Positions 28,166 through 37,247 of a DNA stretch of 64,000 bases are shown in pieces. The stretch lies in the NCBI GenBank assembly GCA_039029455.1, contig JBCCGE010000003.1, forward strand, positions 20,542 to 84,541, written 5' to 3'. The notes under the pieces are model-generated. The model was not told the DNA's origin and made no database searches. It saw only the letters and a program-made list of their open reading frames with translations. This DNA comes from Pseudomonadota bacterium. Its GTDB lineage: Bacteria; Pseudomonadota; Gammaproteobacteria; Arenicellales; Poriferihabitantaceae. A program made the position numbers and the translations under genes. How positions within the stretch are numbered: position 1 is the stretch's first letter; every line of letters starts with the position of its first letter.

Positions 28166-29593
28166 TTAAATCGAGTGACTCAGTCCGGAGTTTTGTTCTA
28201 GCTTTTCCGCCGCATCGATGCAGCGTTTCGCGATACTGTCGACATCGCCTTCTCCGTCGATCTCCTCAAGCACACCCATGTCGTGATAGTGATTGATAAT
28301 CGGTGCGGTTTGCATATGAAATGTTTTTAGTCGCGCCTGAACGGTGGTCTCATTGTCGTCATCGCGCTGGTATAGTGAACCGCCACACGCGTCACAATGG
28401 CCTGATTTTTTCGGTGGCTTGAAGTCAATATGGAAAGGTGACTGGCAATCGCTGCAGATCAGTCGCCCGGAAATTCGCTTGACAATTTCAGCGTCAGATA
28501 CACGGATGTATATGGCACCACTTATGGAGCGTCCAAGTGAACTCATTATTTCGCCGAGAGCAAGAGTCTGCGGCAGACTCCTAGGGAATCCATCCAGGAT
28601 AAATCCAGGTGTCACATCTTTTTCAGACAATCGGTCTTCGACCATGGCTTCAGTAACATCATCTGGTACAAGCTCACCGCGTTCCATGAAGCTCTTGGCG
28701 AGCGTTCCGAGTTCGGTATGATTGTTCAGGTTTTCACGAAACAAACTGCCCGTGGAAATATGGGGAAGATGCAGGTGACCCTGCAGATTTTCGGCCTGCG
28801 TGCCCTTTCCGGATCCAGGGCCGCCAATCAGTACAAGGTTAAAGTCTTCGGCGACGGTGTTTTTATCTGAACGGCTGAGGTCATTTTTTGTCGGTGTGTT
28901 GCGGATATCTTCGTTCTCTCCGGACTCATAACGAAAGCTTCCATTGTTGATGCTGTCCACAGCCGCTAATAACTCGCTTGAGATGGATTCAATGGGCTTA
29001 TTCGCATCGACGGTAAGCAAACGCCCGCTGCTCTTGTAGAAGTCAAGTACGGGTTGCAGCTCCCTTCTGAATGCACGCAGGCGAACCCGGATCAGGCTGC
29101 GAATATCGTCATTTCGAATCGTCAGCGCAGTGTCGCAGCGGTCGCAAAGCATTGAACGCTTTGGTTGATGGAATTCCACATGATAGCGCGCTCCGCAATT
29201 TGGACAGGTCTGACGACCAAGCAACCTCTCCATGACGACGGCGTCTGAAAGTTCGAGAAAGAGAACCGCGTCCAGCGTACGTTTGTGCTTGCCCAGTTCT
29301 GTGTCCAGAAAGCGAGCCTGATCCAGAGTCCTTGGATAACCGTCAACCAGAATATTCTGTGCAGCCGGTGCGTGGTGCAGCCACTCTGCCGCAATCGCGT
29401 TGACCACGTTGTCGGGAACCAGCTCACCACGTTCAACATAGTAGTTCGCTAGGAATCCAATGGCGTTGTGTTTTTCAACACTTGAACGCAGGAGTTCGCC
29501 CGTATTGAGTTGAATGAAATTAAATTTCTTCAACAGACGAGCTGAGTGCGTCCCTTTGCCAGCACCGGAAGGGCCAATCAGGCAAATATTCAT
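28166..29593 (-). CDS. adk: Tandem (double) adenylate kinase fusion protein
   Basis: Two complete Adk modules. Module 1 spans aa 1-~215: GPSGAGKGT, DGYPRT, Zn-lid CPNC..CDRC, IRNDD. Module 2 spans aa ~251-475: GGPGSGKGTQ, DGFPRS, Zn-lid CSDC..CDAC, QRDDD. A ~35-aa polar linker joins them. Confidence 0.9.
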   Translation of the reverse strand: MNICLIGPSGAGKGTHSARLLKKFNFIQLNTGELLRSSVEKHNAIGFLANYYVERGELVPDNVVNAIAAEWLHHAPAAQNILVDGYPRTLDQARFLDTELGKHKRTLDAVLFLELSDAVVMERLLGRQTCPNCGARYHVEFHQPKRSMLCDRCDTALTIRNDDIRSLIRVRLRAFRRELQPVLDFYKSSGRLLTVDANKPIESISSELLAAVDSINNGSFRYESGENEDIRNTPTKNDLSRSDKNTVAEDFNLVLIGGPGSGKGTQAENLQGHLHLPHISTGSLFRENLNNHTELGTLAKSFMERGELVPDDVTEAMVEDRLSEKDVTPGFILDGFPRSLPQTLALGEIMSSLGRSISGAIYIRVSDAEIVKRISGRLICSDCQSPFHIDFKPPKKSGHCDACGGSLYQRDDDNETTVQARLKTFHMQTAPIINHYHDMGVLEEIDGEGDVDSIAKRCIDAAEKLEQNSGLSHSI

Positions 29594-29915
29594 CGGATCA
29601 TTATAGGATTACCTTTTGAATGAATCCAGTGTAGCGCCGTTCGTGCCGCAAAACGCGATAATCGGAGGTCAACAGCGATCAAAATATGCCCCACATTGCT
29701 GAGTCACGAATGGTTTATAGGTTAAGTCGCGCCTTAATCCTTTCGGGCCGTTACGCTCACTTCGGGCGGCGCATATTCATCATACTGGGGCAAATCGTCA
29801 CAAATAGTTTCAATCTCAGATCTGGAGGCGACAAATATGTGCTTTTCGCTCGCAGTCGCGTGTTGCGGGTGCATCCCATCGTCGAGAGTTGCGGGCACGT
29901 ACCATCAAAAAAAGT

Positions 29916-30692
29916 CTATTCGCGGACATATCGTGGATAAGTGTGTTTGCTCATCTTCGAAAACTCCAGATCAATTTCTACAGTTTTAAACGGTTCTTCG
30001 GTATCCGTTGTTGCAAGAACATTGCCTTCCGGATCGATAATCCAGGCAAGACCACCACAGTCCGCCTTGGAACCGTGTGGACACCAGAGATTTGACGACA
30101 GGCTGTACGCACCGGAGCAGACGGCAGCCGCCTGACCGCCTGCAAGCCATTTTTCGGTAGAATCGTGAGGAGTGGCTCGCGGCGTGCACAGAATATCTAC
30201 GCCTGATGATGCGTAATGCCTGGCCCATTCGAAGAACCACATTTCGGTGCAGATTTGTGTGGCGATAATGGCGTTTGAAAAAATGGTGGTTTCAAACTCT
30301 TTTTCACCCCTTTCATACCAGGACGATTCCCAATAGCCCTCTTCGTTGGGCAAATAGTATTTTTCATGAATCCCGAATGCAGACAGGCTATCCTGATACC
30401 AGATATACGCCTGGTTGCGACGACTTCCGCATGCTTTAACAATGGGGCGAGTGCCAACGACAGCCCGGGCTCCGATGTCTTTCAGATTGTCAATACGACT
30501 ATTATGAGATTCGACCGCTTCAAGCCAGCGACTGTGGCTGGGAGTTTTGTCGGCAGCAAGCCACTCGAAAAAAGGCATTTCGGGTAGTAGAACAAGTTCG
30601 CTTGCATTTGATTTAACGTGTTCAGCAAGATCTGAAATATATCGATCAAGTTCAGACGCTCTGGAGTCTATCTGACATACAGTAACTTTCAT
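29916..30692 (-). CDS. Carbon-nitrogen hydrolase (nitrilase superfamily) protein
   Basis: MKVTVCQID.., Glu in LVLLPEMPF and Cys in ATQICTEMWF. ATG at 30692 preferred over TTG at 30704. Confidence 0.8.
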   Translation of the reverse strand: MKVTVCQIDSRASELDRYISDLAEHVKSNASELVLLPEMPFFEWLAADKTPSHSRWLEAVESHNSRIDNLKDIGARAVVGTRPIVKACGSRRNQAYIWYQDSLSAFGIHEKYYLPNEEGYWESSWYERGEKEFETTIFSNAIIATQICTEMWFFEWARHYASSGVDILCTPRATPHDSTEKWLAGGQAAAVCSGAYSLSSNLWCPHGSKADCGGLAWIIDPEGNVLATTDTEEPFKTVEIDLEFSKMSKHTYPRYVRE

Positions 30693-31209
30693 TGTCGTGA
30701 TCAAATCTGGTCAGGTTTTGTGTCATTTTCCTTACATCGGCTCAGCCATGCAACTGACACCCGGCGGCGCCACTCACGATCCTATGAACGATAAATGCCG
30801 AACTCAGAACCAGTGGTACTGTCAGGGAAAACAATTTCGCTTGCGGCGCAAACCCCGACTGACCACAAAACTAACGAGCACCCAAAAGTAGCAATAGGAT
30901 CAGTTATAAAGGGTTTTAGAATAAACGCGGCAATTCTGGGATTGCATATGGCGACACCGCAGACAAGCCCATCTGAACCAATATCGAAACCGCGTTGTTC
31001 AGTCTATAGCCCAAACAAAACAAATTGGCGACGGCCCTGGCGAGTCGCGGACATACGGCAGACTTGTCTATTGATTTCCGGAAAGTCCGATGCAATGGAA
31101 AAATGGATTGCGTTGCCGACAGCATCCGCATAGCCGGACAAACACAGCAATACCTTTTATTGAAATTCGCGTACAAGCAGTGGATAACCAGTGTTCCAGT
31201 CGGAACTCA

Positions 31210-31830
31210 TCAATCCATTCCCGGTAATTGCTCAAGTCTCCCGTACTCTCCTGACTTAAAATCAACATTTCCGTGCGCAAATTCCAGCGCCATCTCTGTC
31301 ATATCAAATCCCCAGAACAGCCGATTTCCAACTTGAAGGGTTGGCACACCAAACACGCCAACTTCAATCGCTTTCTGGGTGCTGTCGACCAGAGCGGCTT
31401 TGACTTCCGGGTTACCGCAGCGGTCTTCAATATCTATGTCACCAAATGTTTGCCGGACCAGAGTTCTCATGCCGTCAGATGCGGGGTCTAATCCCATTTC
31501 CCAGATTCCCCTGAACAGAAAATCAATCAAATCAGGGTCGCAATCCATCGAGAGCGTAAGGCGAAGCGGCATCAAAGGATGGAATGGATGATAGGGTGGT
31601 GTTTTGAACGGTATGCCGTGTTTTTCTGCGAGCCAATGACAATGCTGATAGGTCATCGCGCGCTTGGCGGGGATTTCTACCGGTCCTTTGTGCCCCCAGT
31701 GTTTGAGCAGCCCGGCGAACAGCACGGGTCGAGCATTGATCTCCCTGATAAGCCCCTGTTCTCGCAGAGTTACGTACTGCAGGTAAGCGAAGGGCGAAAT
31801 AAAATCGAAATACCAGTTCAGAGACTTCAT
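31210..31830 (-). CDS. 2-hydroxychromene-2-carboxylate isomerase-like DsbA-family protein
   Basis: WYFDFISPFAYL N-terminus and GVFGVPTLQVGNRLFWG; 206 aa. 4-nt overlap with the upstream gene. Confidence 0.8.
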   Translation of the reverse strand: MKSLNWYFDFISPFAYLQYVTLREQGLIREINARPVLFAGLLKHWGHKGPVEIPAKRAMTYQHCHWLAEKHGIPFKTPPYHPFHPLMPLRLTLSMDCDPDLIDFLFRGIWEMGLDPASDGMRTLVRQTFGDIDIEDRCGNPEVKAALVDSTQKAIEVGVFGVPTLQVGNRLFWGFDMTEMALEFAHGNVDFKSGEYGRLEQLPGMD

Positions 31831-33146
31831 AAAGAATCGGACGTCTGCGAGTTCTTGTCATCGTACTGTCGCCCGAGCCAGAGTGCGATAAACATCCAGA
31901 CGGCGGCGAGAGCGGCGGAGATCAGGGCAATTGCATGCGCATTCATGCCGAGCGTCTTCATGCCCGTAAAGATCCAGGCACTGATGGTATCGCCTGATCT
32001 GTGAATAGTGGTGTCAACAAAGTTTTTGGCCTTATATTTTTCTTCTCGTCCGAGCACCACAAACAGCATTTCCCGGGCGGGTTTTGCCAACGCATAGTTG
32101 CCGGCGCGACGCACAACCTGAACCACAACCATGACGGCAAGAGATGGAACAATCGCAATGGCCAGGAAACCAAAGATCAGCAGAGTCGGAAGAATCGCCA
32201 GAGTTTTTCCAAGACCGAGCGAGTTGACGATTCTGCTGGTGAGAAACAGCTGAAGCAACAAAGTCAGAAAGTTGGCGGCGAAATCCACTGCGGCAAAAAG
32301 TTGCGTTCGTTCGGCAGAGTCAGTCAGCAACGTTTCCACCAGCTTGGCCTGCTGGATCGCGAGAAAGGTGGACAACAGAGTGTACATCAGAATGAGCAGG
32401 CAAATTCCAAGCAGATATCTTGAGCGAAGAACCAGGCGAATTCCGTCCCAGATGCTGCCTGCAAGTTTGGTCTCGTCAAGTACGGACTGCTTATCAAACT
32501 GCTCATTAGTTTTTGAGCGCGCCCACTGTGACAGCGATCGCGTGCAAAAGATTGCGCATATCAGGACACCGGCTGAGACCAGCATAAGATTGGCCAGTCC
32601 AACCTTATCGACCAGCAAGCCGGTAACCAAAGGGCCGGTGAGCGCACCCGCCGTGCCACCGGCCGCAATAAACGCGAACAGTCGTCTCGACTGATCCTCG
32701 TCGAAGATGTCCGACATAAAACTCCAGAACACGGAGACAACAAACAGGTTGAATACATTAACCCAGACGAAGAACACCCCGGACAACTGCCAGGTTTCGC
32801 TAAAGCGATTGAAAGCGAAATAAAACGTGATCAGACAGGCTGAAAAAAACAGATAGGTCGCAGGCAAAAGTTTTGCCCGCACAACACGATTGGTGAGCCA
32901 GCCAAACAGCGGCACCACGGCGAGCATGGCCAGGAAGGTTGCAAGTAAAAGCCATTGCAAATTGTCGACACCGATTCGAATCACCATTTCGCCGCGAATC
33001 GGTCGAATAATGTAATACGAGCACAGCAGCAGATAAAAGTAAGCAAATGACCACAACAACGCTCGGGTTTCGCCGCGTTTGACGGCGATCAGCCGTGACA
33101 GCCAGGGCAAAAGAACATGCGTGTTTATCGGCGTAACGGTTTTCAA
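31827..33146 (-). CDS. MFS-type transporter resembling the TLC (ATP:ADP antiporter-like) family
   Basis: 439 aa, about 12 TM. N-terminal RALLWSFAYFYLLLCSYYIIRPIRGEM resembles the Y-x-I-L-R-P-x-R-D/E signature I associate with Npt/TLC-like transporters. Subfamily call is tentative. Confidence 0.7.
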   Translation of the reverse strand: MKTVTPINTHVLLPWLSRLIAVKRGETRALLWSFAYFYLLLCSYYIIRPIRGEMVIRIGVDNLQWLLLATFLAMLAVVPLFGWLTNRVVRAKLLPATYLFFSACLITFYFAFNRFSETWQLSGVFFVWVNVFNLFVVSVFWSFMSDIFDEDQSRRLFAFIAAGGTAGALTGPLVTGLLVDKVGLANLMLVSAGVLICAIFCTRSLSQWARSKTNEQFDKQSVLDETKLAGSIWDGIRLVLRSRYLLGICLLILMYTLLSTFLAIQQAKLVETLLTDSAERTQLFAAVDFAANFLTLLLQLFLTSRIVNSLGLGKTLAILPTLLIFGFLAIAIVPSLAVMVVVQVVRRAGNYALAKPAREMLFVVLGREEKYKAKNFVDTTIHRSGDTISAWIFTGMKTLGMNAHAIALISAALAAVWMFIALWLGRQYDDKNSQTSDSL

Positions 33147-33170
33147 AGTGATGTTACGCGAACCGCGCGA

Positions 33171-33929
33171 TCAACCGCAGGGAATATCCGGATATCCGGC
33201 AGAACGGGTGCCTGCAATCGGCTGGTTGTCAGCCGCATGATAAGTAAACACAACAGAGGTTTTTACTGATTCCGCGCTGTTGCGTCCGGCGGCATGCAGC
33301 GTACCGCAATGGAAAAACAGCACGTCGCCAGCCTTCATTTCCGCCGGGATGGCGCTGTCGATAAGAGCCTGATTTTCCTCGATATCGGTTCGCAGAAAAT
33401 ACGCGGCATCGTATCGACCGCGATCCAGTTTTGTGGTGTGCGTCCCCGGAATCAGCAGCATGCCCCCGTTTTCAATATATTCATCACCCAGCGCAAGCCA
33501 CACGCTGACCAGATCCGGCCGATCGAAAAGCCAATAGCGAATATCCTGATGCCATAGAGTAGCGCTGCTAAAACCCGGATGTTTTGTCATGACGCAGTTG
33601 TGATGATTCTGCGATAGCTCGATATGGTCATTGCCAAGAAGTTGCTTGACCCGACCTACCACATCGTCGGATGTCGACCATTCCCGGAATACCGCATCAC
33701 GGGTGTAGGCGTGCAGCAGTCTGCGCGGTGTATCGCCGCCGGGTGACAGCCGATCTGCCGGTGCGCCGGGGTACTGCACATCAGTCTCAAATTCGAGAGG
33801 AGCTAATGGTGGATTCAGCGATGCGGTGATCGCGTTTCGCATCGCGGTGCACCCGTCGGTGTCCAGCAGCGAACGAGCAACAATAAATCCGTTCTGTTTA
33901 AATTCATCTATTTCTCTATTAGAAAACAT
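33171..33929 (-). CDS. Phytanoyl-CoA dioxygenase (PhyH) family Fe(II)/2-oxoglutarate dioxygenase
   Basis: FKQNGFIVARSLLD, HxD in LWHQDIRYW and distal His in FFHCGTLHAAGRN. Confidence 0.8.
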   Translation of the reverse strand: MFSNREIDEFKQNGFIVARSLLDTDGCTAMRNAITASLNPPLAPLEFETDVQYPGAPADRLSPGGDTPRRLLHAYTRDAVFREWSTSDDVVGRVKQLLGNDHIELSQNHHNCVMTKHPGFSSATLWHQDIRYWLFDRPDLVSVWLALGDEYIENGGMLLIPGTHTTKLDRGRYDAAYFLRTDIEENQALIDSAIPAEMKAGDVLFFHCGTLHAAGRNSAESVKTSVVFTYHAADNQPIAGTRSAGYPDIPCG

Positions 33930-33947
33930 TCGCCCTACCCTTCCGGA

Positions 33948-34409
33948 TTAACGATCCAGTAAATTCCCTTTGACCGAGAAAGGAATGCTTTTTAATGCGC
34001 TGAGAAACCGGATATCGCCTTTCATTTCATAGTCAAAGTTCAGTCCTCCTCCTGAGAGAATGTCCTTAAATGCATCTTTTGTCTGCAGCAGATTGGTTGT
34101 CACCTGAATGGGTAATTCTGTGATGGTATTGGCTGCCAGCGTGGTCGATTGGTCTGTGCGACCTTCTCCTACGGAAATGCCGCTGAATGTCAGTACGAAA
34201 TCAAGTCCACTCATCGGCAGTGGGATGGCGTTGGGGTTAAACGCATTCAGGTTAAAACGGAATACCTGCTCATCGAGACCGAGTTCAATGATCTCGACAT
34301 TCCTAATGGAAATTTCAGGTTTAGTGGGGACCAGAGTACCGCCACTGCAGGCGGTTAAAAGCAGCGCACATAAGGTCACTACAAAACATTTAAGGGAGGT
34401 GCGTGGCAC
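33948..34409 (-). CDS. LEA type-2 (NDR1/HIN1-like, water-stress) family lipoprotein
   Basis: Lipobox LLLTAC|SG. The beta-sandwich pattern FRFNLNAFNPNAIPLPMSGLDFVLTFSG is typical of LEA_2. Confidence 0.7.
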   Translation of the reverse strand: MPRTSLKCFVVTLCALLLTACSGGTLVPTKPEISIRNVEIIELGLDEQVFRFNLNAFNPNAIPLPMSGLDFVLTFSGISVGEGRTDQSTTLAANTITELPIQVTTNLLQTKDAFKDILSGGGLNFDYEMKGDIRFLSALKSIPFSVKGNLLDR

Positions 34410-34500
34410 GAATTCACCTGTTGTTTAAGCAGTGAGTAGTATAGGATTATTTTCGTACCGAAAGCCAATATCTGTCGGAATTCGAAGAGGAGAAACCCAC

Positions 34501-35331
34501 ATGAAAATTACGCCTTTGAACGCCCCCTTCGGTGTGGAGTTTTCCGACTTTGATGTGCGCGAAATGACGGATGAGGATATGGCGATAGTGCAGACGGAGC
34601 AGAACAAGCACGGGGTGATTTTTTTTCGCGATCAAAATCTGACTCCGGACGAGCACATTCGGTTTGCAAAACGATGGGGCGAAATTGTTATCAACCGATT
34701 CTTTGAGCGAGTCCCGGGCTATGAGGAAATTGCGCAGGTTCGAAAAGAGCCGCAGCATGAAAGGGTGGTTGGCGAAGACTGGCACACTGATCACTCCTAC
34801 GATGAGGCACCTGCCCGCGGCTCTATACTTTATGCACGCGAAGTACCGTCGAGCGGAGGAGATACGTTGTTCGCCAATATGTACCTGGCTTACGAAGCCT
34901 TATCGGACGGCCTGAAAGACACCCTCGCAGGACTGAAAGCGTGGCATTCCAGTCGACACGTCTTCAGCAAGGAAGCCATCGACGCGACCCGATCCAACGA
35001 GGATCGATTTCAAAACCATGGACAGGCGGTGCAGGACAGTCTGCACCCGGTGGTCATAACCCACCCGCTGAGCGGTCGAAAATCTCTGTACGTCAATCCG
35101 GATTTTACCCGTCAATTTGACGGCTGGACGCTGGAGGAATCCCGACCGTTACTGGAATATCTGTACAACCATGTGCAGCAGGATCAGTTCATTGCACGGT
35201 TTAAATGGCGCACTGACTCGATCGCCTTTTGGGACAATCGTGCCACCTGGCATCAGGCACAAAACGATTATCCCAACCAGCGACGGCTCATGCACCGAAT
35301 CACGCTTGAAGGCGTTCGACTCACCGCGTAA
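34501..35331 (+). CDS. TauD/TfdA family Fe(II)/2-oxoglutarate dioxygenase
   Basis: Start at ATG 34501 after the SD agaggaga. GEDWHTDHSYDEAPARGSILYA (HxD) and WDNRATWHQA. Confidence 0.85.
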   Translation: MKITPLNAPFGVEFSDFDVREMTDEDMAIVQTEQNKHGVIFFRDQNLTPDEHIRFAKRWGEIVINRFFERVPGYEEIAQVRKEPQHERVVGEDWHTDHSYDEAPARGSILYAREVPSSGGDTLFANMYLAYEALSDGLKDTLAGLKAWHSSRHVFSKEAIDATRSNEDRFQNHGQAVQDSLHPVVITHPLSGRKSLYVNPDFTRQFDGWTLEESRPLLEYLYNHVQQDQFIARFKWRTDSIAFWDNRATWHQAQNDYPNQRRLMHRITLEGVRLTA

Positions 35332-35406
35332 TACGGTTCGATCCGGGCCGAACTGTTTTCACACGCCGACTGCTACTATTTCCTTCCGACTCCAATTGTG
35401 TAAAGC

Positions 35407-36294
35407 GTGAGCCCGCTGCGACAACCGACTCCGTACGATATCGCGCGACTGTTTTTTGTCGGAGCGGTCTGGGGCGGCTCGTTCATTTTTATTGCACTGG
35501 CGCTGAAAGGCTTTGGTCCGATCAGCATAGCGGCGTGGCGGATCGCGACAGCGGCGGCGGTATTGGTGGTTGCCGGGGTGTTGATGAAACAGAGCTTCTC
35601 GGCATCACCCGGTGAGTGGAGCATCATTTCGGCGGTAGGCCTGCTGAACAGCGCTGTGCCATTTTTTCTGATCAATTGGGGTCAGCAGTTCATCAGCTCG
35701 GCCGAGGCGGCCCTGCTGCTGGCGACCGCGACATTCGTCGCGCTGCTGATTTCCCACTTTACAAGTCAGGATGAGCGCATTACCTGGGCTCGCGGTATAG
35801 GCGTTACCGTAGGTTTCAGTGGCGTCGCGGTGTTGGTTTTGAGCGAGCTGATTTCGACCGGCATAGGCGGATTCAAGGGTCAGCTGGCGGTTATTCTGGC
35901 CGGTTGCAGTTACGCAACCTCATCCGTGCTGGCCAGACGAATTACTCATCTGCCTTCGATTTCTACTTCGGCCAGCACGATGATTACCGCCAGCGCTTAC
36001 ATGGTGCCGCTGGCTTTTCTGTTTGAGCAGCCCTTGTCCGCAATCGACCAGTGGGTACCCGTGATGTCAGTCGTGTATCTGGGCGTAATCGGGACAGCTT
36101 TGGCTTTCGTCATTCGCTTTAACATTATTCGCACCAATGGTGCTGTTTTTATGGCTCAGGTCGGTTATCTGGTTCCGTTTTTCGGTGTGATCTGGAGCTG
36201 GCTGTTCCTCGCCGAGGCCATCTCCTGGCAGACCGCCGTATCGCTCAAGCTGATTCTTATCGGAATCGCCATTACACGCCGCGCACGGCACTAA
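35407..36294 (+). CDS. DMT superfamily (EamA-like) transporter
   Basis: 295 aa, 10 hydrophobic helices, GTG start. Confidence 0.8.
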   Translation: MSPLRQPTPYDIARLFFVGAVWGGSFIFIALALKGFGPISIAAWRIATAAAVLVVAGVLMKQSFSASPGEWSIISAVGLLNSAVPFFLINWGQQFISSAEAALLLATATFVALLISHFTSQDERITWARGIGVTVGFSGVAVLVLSELISTGIGGFKGQLAVILAGCSYATSSVLARRITHLPSISTSASTMITASAYMVPLAFLFEQPLSAIDQWVPVMSVVYLGVIGTALAFVIRFNIIRTNGAVFMAQVGYLVPFFGVIWSWLFLAEAISWQTAVSLKLILIGIAITRRARH

Positions 36295-36295
36295 T

Positions 36296-37195
36296 ATGCT
36301 GTCGGCCTTTTCCAGTGCCCACTTCGTTCTGCCGTTGCCCGCAGGACATCGATTCCCGATGGCGAAGTATGCCCGGCTCCACCAGCGAATTGCAGAAAGC
36401 AAGACCATACGAATAAAGACGCCGCCGCGCGCAACAGATGAGCAACTCGCTCTGGTTCACAGTAGCGAATATATAGAGTCAGTCACGACGGGCTCTTTGT
36501 CCGCCGAAGCTCAGCGTCGAATCGGATTTCCATGGTCAGAAGCAATGGTGGAGCGTTCCCGCCGTTCAGTTGGTGCTACCTTGCAGGCACTGCGCACGGC
36601 CATGGTCTCCGGGGTCAGCGTTAATCTTGCAGGTGGCACCCACCACGCCCATCACAGTTTTGGCAGTGGGTTCTGCGTATTTAATGATGCCGCCGTCACT
36701 GCACGGATGTTGCAGCAGGAAGGCATGATAGACCGCGCTTTGATTATTGATCTCGATGTGCATCAGGGTGACGGTACTGCAACCATATTTGCAAATGACG
36801 ATTCCGTGTTTACATTTTCAATGCACGGCGCAAGTAATTTTCCGGTCAGAAAACAGATCTCTGATCTCGATGTCGAGCTGCCTGATGGTATGGGTGATGA
36901 GGGGTACCTTCGGCGTCTGGATGAATCGCTGGAGTTGATTGAAAACTGCTTCCATCCTGACTGCGTGATTTATCTGGCGGGCGCCGATCCATTTGAAGGT
37001 GATCGGCTGGGAAAGCTGGCCCTGAGCAAGAACGGTCTGCGGCAACGTGATCACCGTGTTCTGGAATTTGTACGCAGACATCATCTTCCAGTCGCGATTA
37101 CCATGGCAGGCGGCTATGCCAACGACATCGATGACATTGTCGATATTCACTACGCCACTATTGATCTGGCGCGGTTGCACAATCTGTCGAATTAA
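36296..37195 (+). CDS. Histone deacetylase-family (acetoin utilisation/deacetylase) protein
   Basis: LAGGTHHAHHSFGSGFCVFND and IIDLDVHQGDGT. The start is 1 nt after the upstream stop. Confidence 0.85.
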   Translation: MLSAFSSAHFVLPLPAGHRFPMAKYARLHQRIAESKTIRIKTPPRATDEQLALVHSSEYIESVTTGSLSAEAQRRIGFPWSEAMVERSRRSVGATLQALRTAMVSGVSVNLAGGTHHAHHSFGSGFCVFNDAAVTARMLQQEGMIDRALIIDLDVHQGDGTATIFANDDSVFTFSMHGASNFPVRKQISDLDVELPDGMGDEGYLRRLDESLELIENCFHPDCVIYLAGADPFEGDRLGKLALSKNGLRQRDHRVLEFVRRHHLPVAITMAGGYANDIDDIVDIHYATIDLARLHNLSN

Positions 37196-37247
37196 TCGTC
37201 TGTGATAAGGTCAAATTCACAAAGCCACCGCAAGAAGCTGAAATCTG

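Noticed and set aside
30705-31209. 505-nt gap with a minus-strand frame of about 150 codons broken by two TAGs; its middle segment looks membrane-like (GFDIGSDGLVCGVAICNPRIAAFILKPF..)
   Set aside because: The stop-free runs (about 50-70 codons) are within what chance gives in six frames of a 500-nt region. There is no start or SD and no recognisable family. At most this is a badly decayed remnant.
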